A DNA stretch of 64,000 nt from Oikopleura dioica (lineage: Eukaryota > Animalia > Chordata), in NCBI GenBank assembly GCA_907165135.1, contig OU015568.1, forward strand, positions 7,378,001-7,442,000. The letters run 5' to 3'. The notes below the pieces were generated by a model, which worked only from the letters and a program-made list of their open reading frames with translations, was not told where the DNA came from and did not search any database. Positions 36,898-50,364 of the stretch are shown in pieces (positions within the stretch are counted from its first letter, which is position 1; each line of letters starts with the position of its first letter). Made by a program: the position numbers and the translations under genes.

Positions 36898-39800
36898 ATG
36901 ACGTCTAGCGATGTCGCCGAGGATTTCGAGAAAAACTCGCCTTTCCTCCCACAGAATCAAAATCTTCAAATAATATGCAGCAGGAAGAGTTTTTTACGGA
37001 CGAAGAAGAGGAAAAACAATTTAAGGTGAGTGAGAAGACAGGGGCAAAATCAGAAGCAATCAAATTTAAGATACTGATTGCCTCTAGCCCCCTAAAATCA
37101 TTATCAATCAAGGTGCCATAAAATGGGATTAAAAATGATGTTTTAAGATGGCGACTTGGGGCAATACTCGTCGCTTTTGTTGGCTCGATTGTTCTCTCTG
37201 CATATTCAGGAATGGTTAATCTTTCATTTTCGATCTTTTATGCATAGGGAAATTTTACTGCCCCCTATGTCTGAGATGGGCTCGGCAATCTGAGAAGAAA
37301 CCTGAGTCAGGGTCCTGGAAAATCAAAGAAAAAGGTTGATCTGATAATTTTGGCGAAGCCGATTTGCGGCTTCGGTTTTACAAAAAAGCCGGCTATGCGG
37401 CTTTTCGAGAGACCTGTTTCATGACCCTGACTCAGGTTACTACACAGACACAGTTATTGTCAGACTGTGTCTCTTTTCTTGGAAATCTATTCAAGCGCTT
37501 GTCTCGTAAAGGATCGTAAATCGCAACGTATTAACCACGAAAAGTAAATCTATCACTTGGACATAATGTCGCACCGGAACATAAACTACGATACGCCCGA
37601 TCAACGAGCGAAAACGGCAATGGAACTTCTGAAGAAGCTGGAGCGGAATCAAACTCGTCGGAAACCGAATGCGTCGAGCCAGCGATGAACGAGTTTCCTA
37701 AAGATGGTTTCACGCCGGAGCAGCGAAAAGGCGGCGCCGTTATTATTCACATCCTTTTGGTAAGCCAGATGCAGGGTCAAATTCAGACCAAGAAATGAAG
37801 TTGAAAAATTAATGTTCTACGTGCAAATCTGGCCAGAGAATCGTTACCGTCTCCTACCCGCGCCGTCGGTACTCGATTCTCCTCTGACCGGAGACATCCT
37901 TCACGCGGGATATCGGTTCAGATGTCAAAGGATGACATCGGAAGCGCATCCCTTCCAGATTCAACTTAAGGACCCCCCCGTCAGCTTTTTTCGAAAAATC
38001 AAAGTTCGGCATTTTAAAATTTTGACCCCGGAAATGAATTCTACGGGTCGAAAAACGATTTTGAGGCTTCATTTCTTGGGGGTCTATCTCGACTCTAACA
38101 CCCCCAAAATCGCCTTTGAAAATTTGACTTTTCCCCAAAAATTGACGAATTTGCCCTAATTTTGGCAAAAATATTGGTTTTTCTTGGTCCAAAATTCCAC
38201 TTATCAAGTTTTTGAAGCAAGTTTAACTAGAGGACGCATCAAGAACCAAAAATATGGTGTTTTTATAAATTTCCATTTTTCGAAGGAAAGAGCTGACGGG
38301 GGTCCTTAAATTGTCAATCTCGACTTTCAAATCGAGCGATTTTAATTAATGTCCATGTGTCACCTTCCCCTTTTCTTGCGAATGTCGCAAATCATTTGAC
38401 GGACGCGTTTTGCGTCAGCCCCTTCAGGTTGCATCTGAATTATCGTGTTTAATTTTACTGTCAGAGTTGAAATCAATAACTGTATTTCAGTCAATGTACA
38501 TGTTCCTTGGCTTGGCGATTATCTGCGACGATTATTTTGTGGCTTCGCTCGAGCAAATTGTTGAGGTAATTCAAAATTGGATTCTCCATTTTTCCATTCG
38601 GCGATAATTTTAAATTCTATCGCGATTATAAATGATCTCGCCTCCGCCGGCTGACATAATTGAGAATAAATTTGAAAATTGTCCATTTAACAGCGGCGAA
38701 AAATGATCCCTCCGAGGCGATTTGTTTTAAAGCTGTATCCTTCAGAAACTCCAATTATCAGACGATGTTGCCGGTGCCACCTTTATGGCCGCTGGATCAT
38801 CCGCTCCAGAATTATTTACGTCGCTTATCGGTGAGTTGTGCAATTATTGACAATTCCAGGCTTCAGTTGTCACGCACTCGAGCTCCTACTCCATTCCCAT
38901 GACATTTTAAATGGCGCTCAACGACAATAACTCGTTCTTAAGGTGTTTTCATTGCGAAATCGGACGTCGGAACTGGAACTATTGTCGGATCCGCTGTTTT
39001 CAACATTTTGGTCATTATCGGTCTGTGCGGCCTCTTCTGCACCGCTGCTATTCAGCTTTCCTGGTGGCCACTGGCTCGTGATAGCTCCTGTTATCTGGTC
39101 TCTATCGGCGTCTTGATCGCTGTGTTGTATGATGGAAATGTCTACTGGTACGAAGCTGCTGCCATGGTTTCGTTGTACTTTTGCTACATTATCATCATGA
39201 AGTAAGAACAGTATTAATTGTTGAACTTTGAAAATGATCAATTTTCAGATTCAACCAGAGCCTCCAGAACTTCGTTGTAAGTCTGCGCGGCAAAAAGCCA
39301 AAGGAATCTACTGCCGACGATGTGAACGGGGACGCCGCTGTGCCTCTTACGGCAAAAGGTGAGCGGCCAATCTCTTCAGCTCCTGCCATAATCTCGCCCT
39401 TTCAGAATCGAAAGTGGAGCTAAAGCCGAACGGCAGCACAGTAGCGCAGATCGACGTCGCGGCCGGACAAAACCTTCAGGAATCTAATGGAATGGCTAAT
39501 GTCGGCCTTCGGCTGATGATCTCCAACAACTTCGCGCCTAAAACACGACTGCGCATGGCCTCGCGATTGCTGATCATGGAGGTAATGTATTTTCAGCCGC
39601 TTAGCGGACTTATCCTCATCTTTGCTATTTCATGGGTGACTGTATAAGTAACAACTATTGTGGCAAGTAAATTTTCTTTTTTGAAAATTGAATAAACGCT
39701 TTCGAAAAAGTAAAAAAAAAATAAATTAGAACGCAAAATCGGAAAAGGATGAAACAACTGGGACACAGGTAGAGTTTCCGATGTAAAAGAACAAACCAGC

Positions 39801-42342
39801 TAGTAATTAAAACGAACGAATAATTAATTTTGATAGCAGTAGTGAATGCTTACTTGCTATGATTACAATGATGAAGCTTTGCATGGAAATTTATTGCCTT
39901 TTTTAAATTAGCCACTTTAGGAAACAAATCGACCTGAATAGAAGTAGACATTCATCTTATAAGACCAGTGTCCTCTTCTATTTCTCTCTCTTTTTTCGAA
40001 TTAGTGATTAATGCAGCTAGTTTAGGCGGGTGCTGAAAGTAGCGCATCCAGTGACACCGCCGAGGTGAATTATAGTGACTTTTCTGTATATTTGGAGCTT
40101 TCTACTCTGATCTAACCCATGTGTTCGTCTAACGAGTGTTTCCGCTCAAACCGAGTTTGACAATGATGCTCACTCTGAATTCACTGTTAAGAGCGACAGT
40201 AAACTTTTTCGGTCGATTCTATTTTTTAACCTTGTGGTGTGTATTGAATAATACGCTAACCAACTATTAGTCTCCTACTAAAGTCGATACTTCTGAATTC
40301 ATTATCTCAATGACATTCACTACAGTTGTGTGCTGAATGTTCCGTGTGACCTTGAATCGGTCACCTTTGGTTATGCCTGTCTTTGGATAGTTTTTCTCGC
40401 GCTAATCAGGGCATGGCTTCAAGAAAATTAGATTCAAAGCTTCCTCGCTTCAGATAGCCGACAAATACAATAAGTATGACGCTGAATTATTAAACACCGT
40501 TCCAAATTGAGGGTCTCTTGATCCGCCCTAGATCTTTAGGATCATCCGTCTAAGCACACGAATAGCCATGTCTTGATGCACATCGAACTCTATCACTTTA
40601 TTTATTTCTTCGTTCAACAATTGTCTTCCAAATTAACACTTGTTTCTAGCGCAAAAACATTCTCGCTGCCAGAGAAGGTACTGGAGTCAACGGAGAAACG
40701 GAAAGATACCTTTATAGAGATGAAAACTCCAAGCTCAGGTATTTGGATAATTCGACATGTAGTGCTAAAACATGATCAATGGATTAATTTAATCAATCGT
40801 GCTTCATAAAGAATCAAAGAATTAATAATATGCTGCAATCAACAACGAAAACTTTTAGCTCAGTTAGCCTCCAACATGAGTACCAAGTCATCCCATCCGC
40901 GGAATATCCCCAAACGCGGACTTCCGTAGGAAGGTATATTTTGTTTCCCTCCTCATATCCTTACTCAGCAGTGTCTACCGTACCATTCAGTTTCTGAAGT
41001 AAGGGTACATTGCTGATGCATACTCACACACACACTCACCAGTGCCGAGTTTATTCAGGTGGTCATTTAGTTTTTATCTTAATTGACATGTTGACTGACT
41101 AAAAGTTGACTTTTTGACGCCAATTAGAAAATTGAAGGGGCCATCGATTACCCGGCGATATCCGCTCAATTTGCATGTCTTTAAAAAACTACAGTACGAC
41201 CAAAGAGTACTCAACCACTGAATAAACCACTCTGAAGTCAAAACAAGGCGCTGGAAAAAAGCTTCGACAATATCTCTTGCTTTGCTGATTCTCACAAAAT
41301 TCCCATTTGACCACTCACAATTACCAAACAAACGAGTTCACTAATACTGCATGAGTGCAACAGTAACACCGAGCCACCTCCCCTAACAGCCTTTTATTTT
41401 ACATTTTCTGTGAGTGTAACTAATCGGAGTGGATTTTGAAAATTGAAAGTAAAAATCTGGAGAAAGGTGGCTGGGAAGCACTTTTGCTTTGAGGACCATT
41501 TCCGAGCGAAAAATTCTAGCGTTGTGTTTTAGTGAGCCCGAGGAGGAAGATGAGGAGTCTTTCATTCACCCCTTCAAGCCGCCAAAAGGTAAGAATCATC
41601 TGATTTCTCCTAGTAATATGCCTTATTTTAGATTCTTTCACGGAATTCATGAAATGGTTCATCTCCTGGCCCCTGCTCTTCCTTTTCTTCTTCACGATTC
41701 CAAATTGCAACAAGTATCAAAAGTGGTTCCTCCTTACTTTCCTCATGTCAATCGTGTGGATCACCATCTTCTCGTATATCATGGTGTGGATGATCTGCAT
41801 CACTGGCTTCACTTTCGGCATTCCAGACACAGTCATGGGCATTACATTCCTCGCTGCCGGAACTTCGGTTCCAGACACGATCGCCTCCGTCCTCGTCGCT
41901 CGCAACGGATATGGAGACATGGCCGTGTCCAACTCAATAGGCTCCAACGTTTTCGACATTTTCCTCGGACTCGGTCTCCCGTGGCTCCTCAAAACCACCA
42001 TCAGGCCGAATGGTGGTGACGAAAAGGTACAAAGAGATTTATATCGACTGTGACGCCATTTCTCTATTTTAGGTGCATATTAACTCGAAAGGTTTACTGG
42101 CTTCGGTCGGTCTCCTCATGTGCTCGCTAATTGTAGTGGTAAGTGTGCATATTTTCAGGATTACGTAACATTCGAGCATATTTGATCAACTGTTTTAGGT
42201 TCTGGGAATTCACCTGAATCGCTGGCAATTGACGAAAAAGCTGGGAGTAGTGATCATGTTCACCTATGGCGTTTTCCTAGTTCTGTCAATTCTGATAGAG
42301 ACGAACACATTTATGCAAATTAACCCTCCGACGTGTGTCTAG
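36898..42342 (+). CDS. K-dependent Na/Ca exchanger (SLC24/NCKX3-5-like), multi-exon
   Basis: [52 protein letters not shown] (alpha-1 repeat); [33 protein letters not shown] (alpha-2 repeat). Confidence 0.93.
37291..37448. mobile_element. MITE, CCTGAGTCAGG family (copy E) in an NCKX intron
   Basis: aacctgagtcagggtc...gaccctgactcaggtt plus internal gaagccg/gcggctt hairpins. Confidence 0.75.
37970..38305. mobile_element. TTAA-flanked MITE (Kolobok-like) in an NCKX intron
   Basis: TTAA|GGACCCCCCCGTCAGCT...AGCTGACGGGGGTCC|TTAA. Confidence 0.7.
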
Positions 42343-43284
42343 CCCGGGCGAACCCTCTTCAAAACTGTCAATTATCACCCGTCTTTTTTTACAACTATTA
42401 TTATTACCGATTTTGCCTACACGAACATCTAGCTCAAAGAACATTTCAAAGTATTATATAAACGAATTACCACTAGCGACTTCATAAGTTATTTTGGAGA
42501 AACACGGCGGGGCGAGGATACAGGGAATCTACTGCCTTAGTTGAATTTTTCATGAGCTCGTTCTCTCGGCTCCTCCCCGGCGAGTGTGAGGCCCTGTAGA
42601 TTTCGCTGAATAATACGAATTATTTAGACAAACATGCTGTACTTGCACAGAGTTCTCTCTCTCTCTCCTAAAGAATTCTCCCGCACTTTCCTCAAACTTG
42701 CGCGCGAGGAATAATAATTTCATTTTTAATTCTCTGATCACTGGTCATTTAGAATTCATATCTACGATTTGATTTGAATCCAATCGTAAATACGAGTTCT
42801 TCTCAAGATCTACGCTTTAATAGGAGCAGCTAGCGCTTCAATCATGTATAATGAGTAACATTAAAATTTAAAAACGGAGAATCTTTCATTTTACTTCCTC
42901 CTAGTCTTTCCCGTAGTCAAACAGCCCCCGTCAAACCTTTACCTTTTCACCTTTATCACCAAATTTACTACGCTATAGAGAGGCTTGCTACTAGTCCAGA
43001 CTAGATTTAACTAGACGTTGCGACTGTAACTTACAGACTGTAAAAATATATCTTTACTATTTTTCTACCGAAATGGCCTTAAATTCGTTACACCGAAGCT
43101 TCTGTAAATATAAAGAAACAATAAGATAAAAAACTTTAACTTCAATTATTCTATCACCTAAATATTTCCTTCTCCTATCCTCTCAAAGTTATCATTTCTC
43201 ACCTTTTTGTAAATAGCCCTTACAAATTCTGCACATACATGGAATAACGAAAAACAATAATGATTCAAATACAAAATCTGGGAT

Positions 43285-45211
43285 TTATTTCACAAACATA
43301 AACAAGAGGGTTGCAAGCAGGATTTTCGAAAAGGAGCTTTTAGCTCCCGAGCTTCCGGACAATTTCATGTCTTCTCCAAATTCATTCAGGAAATCAAGGA
43401 CGACTCCGTTCGACCAGCCAAAGCCAGTTTGAACGACGTACTCTCCTCCAGAGCCAGGGCTTCCTTTTTCGACATTCATTTTTTCAAACATTTGACCGAA
43501 TTCAAGATAGGCGTCGCGATTCGAATTCACCCACTTTTCAGCCTAAGATTCCGCAAGACAAGAGCGCCGATTAACCGATATCCTTTACCTGAATTTTTGC
43601 CTCCTTGCGGCAATCTTCACATCCGCTTCTCGCCAGTCCCATAATAATCATATGAACACTCGGTGGCCAGGCGTTAGGAAAATCCCACTGCTCATCACTT
43701 TCATCTAAGGACTGAGGGATTCCGTGCTTGAAGTCGAGAACGCCCTTCATTTCAGAATTTAAAAATACAAACTAACTCATTTATCACCTGATTTTTCATG
43801 GATTCGAGCATTGCCAAATCGCGATCGTCAGCATCCACATTTGCCGGGTAGTTTTTAAAGTAAAGCGGTGAAAAATCGGAAGAGAAGAATTTATCGCTGT
43901 GTTTCGTTTCTAAGTGCAGGTCATTAATAATTTCTTACGGTATGTACTAACGGCAATTAAACCAATAATCTTTGTAAGTAGACTTTTCTTCATCATACAT
44001 GTACTTTTCGATAGTTTTCGAAAGAGTTTCTTTGAGAGATTTGTACTTTTCTTTGCCGCTGAATTTCTCAAGAATCACAGCCGAATTGAGGATGATGGAA
44101 TTCAAATCGACAGGAAGCACCTTTGTCGTCTCAAGATTCGCCGTAACTTTCCCTTTCATTTCGGCGTTGTAAACTCCGGGAGGAACCCAGCGCGAAGAAA
44201 AGTCCCAGCCAGATTCGGCTGCCGAAGTGATGTCTCGAGCCTTTTGACGGCGCTTTTCAGCATCTGGAATTTCATCGAGCACTTCTTGGTCGTCGAGATA
44301 TGCTTCAGGCCTTGGGACGGTAATCGGGCAGCCATACGCAAAGCCGAATTCACCATTTTCAAGGTCGATTTTTCTATTTTCCATCCACCAGTTTAACTCC
44401 GCCTCCATCGACGGAAGAAAAAACTCAAGAATCTTATCACATGACATGTTAATCTCACTCGCAGCGTCGGGATTCTCCTTGCAGTGCTCGTAAAAATCAC
44501 TAACAGAGGTGGAGTAGAAAGGTGGTTGTGAGCGCGTTGTGTAGTATTTTCTAGTTCCATTTGGGATAAACCCGAATCGGTCGACAAGCGATTTGAAGTT
44601 TTTCAACAAGTCGAAGACGGTCTGGTAGGCTTCGGAAACGAGGAGTCCGCGAATGTGCCAGTAGCTGTCCCAGTAGTACATTTCTCTGAAACGACCATCG
44701 TGACCTGTCGGAACAACTGTCGTGTAATTGAGTGGAATGAAGGAATAAAGATCGTTGTTTTTTCTGACGTCTTCTTTCACTTTTCGACCTAGCTGCGGCC
44801 AAATCTTATGGACGTTTTCGCCGAACTCTCGCAATTCAGGGGAGCTTATCTTTTCGAGAAATTTCGGATTTGGCTTCAGAGGAAACTCGTAGTTTTCAAA
44901 TTCACTTCCATTCGGGTCAAAGTGATCTTTGACAAAAGTCTCGGTCTCTTCCGCAGTTGGGTTTTGCAGTTTTTCGAAATTAACAAGAATTTGCTGCTCG
45001 TCAAGGCCGTCCTTTATCTTCATGTCGACAAATTCTTTGCTCTCTGTGAAAAATCTCGCATTTTGGACCGCATTGAGAAAAACTCCATAGCAAAATATTT
45101 TGCTATCACAAGGATAGACGTCCTAAAATTTGTTCTAAAAATTCAATTTCCTTTTTTCTCAACCTGAGCAAAAGTTAACGAAAACCCTGAAAAATATTTA
45201 AACAATCTCAT
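43285..45211 (-). CDS. TREH: Trehalase (GH37), predicted GPI-anchored
   Basis: GRFREMYYWDSYW, GFIPNGTRKYYTTRSQPP, PRPEAY, SAAESGWDFSSRW, GGEYVVQTGFGWSNG; hydrophobic C-terminal GPI-type tail. Start position tentative. Confidence 0.93.
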
Positions 45212-45548
45212 TCTCTAGCTTGAGATTCAAACGTTTTAAATTCGACCGACATGAGAGTAAATATTGAATTTTCGGAACTCCCTCAAACTTTCTCTTTGAA
45301 TTCTTACCTTGCCCATAATTCTTGAATGAAATTGTCGACTGAAATCGATGCTATCGACAATTTAACTGAGAAATGACTTTCGATAATTAGTTCTTTTTAA
45401 CGATGTGTTGTTGAAATACTATTCTAGGAGTCGATAGGATAGAGAGAACAACATCTTTAGACGTGAACTTTAAATTTAAAGATTTTTGAATCGCAGTTTA
45501 TTTTCCTGTTTCGAAGGGAAAGAAATAAATTAAAGATTTGGCTTGAAA

Positions 45549-47890
45549 TTATTTGGAGCAGTGAAGAACTTTTGCATACTCGTTTCTGAAGCGCTTGTTG
45601 AGGAAGCAGTAGACGATAGGATTGACCATTGAATTGAACCAGGATACGACTGAGCAATAAGCATGATACCTTGCGTCTTTTTTCAGGGTCTCTTTAGTTA
45701 GAGAGCAACTTGTGTAAAAACCTGAGTCAGAGTGTAAAAATCTTTTACCAAAAGCTTGGTTCTCAAAGAGCTTGAGTAAAAGCCGCAAAGCGGCTTTTTA
45801 AAAAACGAAGCCGCAAAGTGGCTTCGCCAAATAAACTTCTTAATAAAATAGATAACACTAGCAAAGCATACACGCGGCTTTTACTCAAGCTCTTTCAGCA
45901 CCCTGAAAAAAAGATGAACTTCTGAAAAAAAAACAAGGTCGCCGAATCAAAGCTGTCAAAATTAATCTCGCGGATTAGGCTAATCACTTGGATGGCCTGA
46001 CATCGCCTTCTCTTCATTTTCAATCACACCGAATCGAACATTCAGATAAATAAATTAGCTTCGAGACCCTTGGCAAATTTTTTCGATCCAGGAAGCAAAT
46101 TGATGATGACGCTGGGCAAGAAGAGCGCCATGAAGCAAATGACGATGGTGATGCTCATTCCGAGCAATTTGAAATCAACATTTTGGCGATTTTGAATGAT
46201 TTTCGTCAATCCGCGATCGCCCTTGGGTGAAACGAATCTGAAATTGGACTCGTTCGAGCGCGAGATACTGCTTTTCAGTCTGACCTTCCATTGACGATTT
46301 CCTTGTTGTCTCCACCAGGGGCGGAGAGTACCGGACGAACTACGATTTGTTGCGGTTTCTTGACCTAAAACGCCGAGTATTGATAAGAAAAAGAGTATTT
46401 TAGTTACCTCTAGCGTTGCAGCTGAAAATGATTTATCTAAGTGTTTATGAGGTAGTCGATCAAGGACCTTATATTTCTTCTTCTTTACTAAGAGCTCGTC
46501 ATCTCTAAAGAAATCATTCTCAATCTGAGAAAATCGAGGCTTTCCATACCGTGTCGTGGAATCTTCGCTAGTAGAGGTGCCCGAGTTGGACTTCAGCGAC
46601 ATTTTGATTACTCGAAAAGGTCACTTATCACATTTATCAACAATTTAATTAGCTATTAGTTTAAAACTAACCCCTTCCTTGCATGCCAGATCCACGGACT
46701 TTGACAAAAATGATAGAATAAATAACTAAAACAGGGTGAATCGACCATTTAGCAGACGGGTTTTAATACGAACCTATAAACACAAAAACAGGCACCATTT
46801 GAAATGTTATCCTTGTGAATTGCATGTAGTGCATCTGAATATGAATATTTATCAATATGAAACATTTAAACCGAGCTCAAAGGATGGATCAATTGACCTC
46901 AATCAGAGACAAATTAAAAATTTAACTTGACTCACCCATTGCGCGTTGAATTGCATGTTGTTGAAGACACAAAGGGAATATTTATCAACCCACTTTTTTT
47001 GGATTTTCTAGCTGAGTTACTAAATATCAAAAACCATTTATTTTTCGAAATAAGTGGAAATATGTTATTTGAATACCAATACCATTAGTAAAAATAATAT
47101 GACAAATAATTAGAAATAAATTTCTCATAGCTAGCTACATTTGATTATAAGAATTTAGCAGAAAATCATTCCTGAAATCCATTATTGAAGAAAAAGGGAG
47201 CCATGAGCAGTGGAGCAAGAAGCCAAGTAAAAGCAAGTTCAAACCAGATTTTTCTTCGCGAGAATATTTTGTTATAATACAGAGGGAAGCAGATTCCGAC
47301 AAGCCGATTTACCGATATGGCTTTACAGAATGGTTCCCTTTTTCGGATAGTAGGGTCATTTCTTTTCGCGGGGAGGAACCAGTGCCTATAAGACAAACAG
47401 TAGACGTATAGCCACAACAGTAGTAGTAAAAAGCCTGGAGACTGCACCACCAAGGAAAGCGAGGAAAGGGCCAGCGGCCTAGAACATACGATGCTATCGT
47501 CGGTTTTCATGAATTTTTCGATGAGGATTGCATAACTCCGTGTCTGAAAACCGTTCCTACGTTGACGGGAAGCATCGTGGCAGCTGTAAGGAAGTCGATG
47601 ACACACAAATTTGCAATAAACACTGGGTAGAACAATTATCACTTGAAAAATTGCCTTGTTTGCTTACTATTGAACTTTGTCTGCATGGATCGATTTCTGA
47701 CAATCACTAGAATTGTCAAAAAATTGCCTAAAGTGCCGATGACGATGCTGAGTGAGCCGACGATGATGCCGAACCATCGCACTTCAGGAGCGAGAGTGTG
47801 TCCCTATTTCGAAGAGTGAAGTCATTTTTTAGCGAAGAGAATATTGGTTACCTGTATTGCAGCCGTTTCTTGTAAGGTCTCATTTTGCAT
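45549..47890 (-). CDS. Rhodopsin-class GPCR, GPR84/Moody/Tre1-like, multi-exon
   Basis: GTLGNFLTIL..TKFNMFIANLCVIDF, AISVNRLVGIC, CFMALFLP, WFNSMVNPIVYCFLNKRFRNEY. Confidence 0.82.
45711..45905. mobile_element. CCTGAGTCAGG-family relic (copy F) in the last GPCR intron
   Basis: tgtgtaaaaacctgagtcag end; agagcttgagtaaaagccgc...gcggcttttactcaagctct inverted arms. Confidence 0.65.
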
Positions 47891-50364
47891 TTAGTCGTCT
47901 AAAATTCAATGTCAACCGTGAAAAATAATGATTCTGACGGCAATCTGACTATCTGCGGCTCTGAATTGCCGAACAATGTGGCTTCGGATTAAGTATAAGC
48001 AGCGCCGTTTTGGAATGACCAATTTTCTTTGGGTCGAAGGATGATTTACCTTGGCGGAAAATTAACTCGCCAAAATATAAAATAAAAAGCTTAAGGGTGT
48101 CTGAAGCATTAAAAATGTTTATTTCGCTGATACCTGTTAGGCGAGATTATCATGAAATGGAGCTAATAATTGAGAAGGTTGCGTTCTCTCTTTCTTTCCA
48201 AGAAAAGGAGAAAGTTCCGGAAAGTCTTGTCCTTCTTCTGATTAGACAAAGAAAAGGAAGAAGCGCGGTTTGGAACTTGGCCTACTGTATCAAAACAAAT
48301 ATACAGTAATTTGACTTTTTTCTTTAATTATTTGTCATTTCCGTTTTGGTAAGAACCCATCAAGTCATGCCACCTACACTGTACCTGCTAGTAGTAGAAG
48401 CTTATCACTTCGTCTCTTCTCGATGATTTTTTTAAAAATTATTTTTTACCTTTTCCGTATTGGTGTATTTTGTACTCCATCAACTTCTTCGCATTTCACG
48501 AATGAATTGAGCGGCTTCTTAAATCAACTGGAAAGTTCTTCTGCTTTTCAACAAAGGTCTCTGACTTCTATCTTCTTTACAGTGAGAATGATCTGCCAAT
48601 TTCGCGCAAATTCGACAGTTGACGTTTGAGCTCACTCGCCTAGGGCCTAATCAAATGTGCCCATGGGAAGTGTTTGGCGCTGTTAACTGATTCTTTCGCC
48701 TCAGAAGCTCCTGCACGGGGGTTCGCGTTTTTTTTTCTAACGTAATTGATCACTTATAAAGATTTTCTATTATTCGTTTTCATATTCCAAAAAAATGAAA
48801 TTCTTCGAAAAAGCGTGAATTTAAAAAAAAATAAATTAAAAAATATATCTTTTGCTTTTCAGTTTTGTGTTATTTATCGAATACGCCAGCTAACTGTCAG
48901 GTCAGACTTAGAACCCTTTAGAAGGTATTGATAGAATAATCAATAGAGCCGTACTATTCAATACGATTAGCGTGAATTTGGATACTAATCGTCAAGTCAG
49001 CAGACAATCTCTTTCCTACATGTAACGACTCAGCGACAATATCAAGACGTAAATTGACGTGTCACATTTATTTTTCATATTCAATTTTATTCCGGTTTTT
49101 CAATAAATTGACAGCTTTGAGCATGACTTTTGAATTACGCCCGTTCTTCGAATTTTGAAACAAAGATATCTCACAGAAATCAAAGATCGATTCATCTTTG
49201 ATAGATAGAAACTTACCAATGAATATTTTAAGAATTCTATTTCCTCTATTGCCAACCCCAACTTTTAAAAAATCTGTAAAAGGATTAAATTTGATCTCTG
49301 GGTTCACTCGTCTGCTTTCAAACATGTCCCCACTGATGTGGTACCTAATTTAGAAGTCCATATTTCATTAGTCAATGAAATAATCATTCATGTAGCCGCC
49401 GTCACCTTTTCCTAAGCCAGAGCAGTGCTCATTTACAGATCACAATCCCCCTTAAAACCCTCATTTATTCATTCTCCATTCGTGCAGACTCAGAGAGACT
49501 CACAATACATTTGACAGTACTTATTCTCTTCTAAAACCTTCAGAACTTCAATAATTGACTACTAAGTGAACTAGTCCAACCAAACATATGATTTGAGCCA
49601 TACGATTTAAAAAGAGAGGCTTCCTTTTTCAACCCTTATTCAATAGAAAACATTTTGTAAAGACAGCTCCTGTACCACCCGAGAGCAACCTTTCAATGTC
49701 CTATAAACGTCCAATCCATCAACGACCCTGATCGAGGGGCGTTTTGACATTTTCCCAACTCGATCAGGCTCAATTCGATGACCACTCCGGTCATCCTTGT
49801 TGATTTTTTCTCTCATTTATTTTTGCAGAATTTGATTTTAATAAATACGAATAAGTTAAGAAACAGATTGGAGCTTTACTTATTCTCAGGAGTGACGGTC
49901 GTGGGCTGCATGAAGTGGTCGTTGGAGACGCAGTTCTGGCCGCGGTAATATCTGGAAATAGAATTAGTAAAATCATGTTCTCGAATAAGAACACGGGGGG
50001 ATGAATTCTTAATCAGAGCAAGCGAGATTCTGTGACGTCTATCGCATCTTATCAGAATTAATTTCCAGGTACTCGATTAGTTAGATTGATGATTTAACCA
50101 TTACCGGGATTAAAAATCACCCTTACTACTCGCTACTACTGGATAATATTCTCAGAAGACGTCACGACAACAACTGGGCAGATACGTCAAAGGGGTGACA
50201 AACAACACGACCACATCCGCTACTGTCGTTTAATTAACTCCTCTCTAAGAAATTTATCAAACAAAAATTGACAAAAAAAGATTTGATAAATGATCAGTGC
50301 GGACAGCGCAAACTCGCGATTGCGACGATTGATATATTGAGCCAGTTCATTATAAACTCGCTGA

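Noticed and set aside
39866-39940. Possible C/D snoRNA (ATGATGA...CTGA) in an NCKX intron
   Set aside because: No convincing terminal stem or recognisable rRNA guide, and it overlaps a candidate micro-exon.
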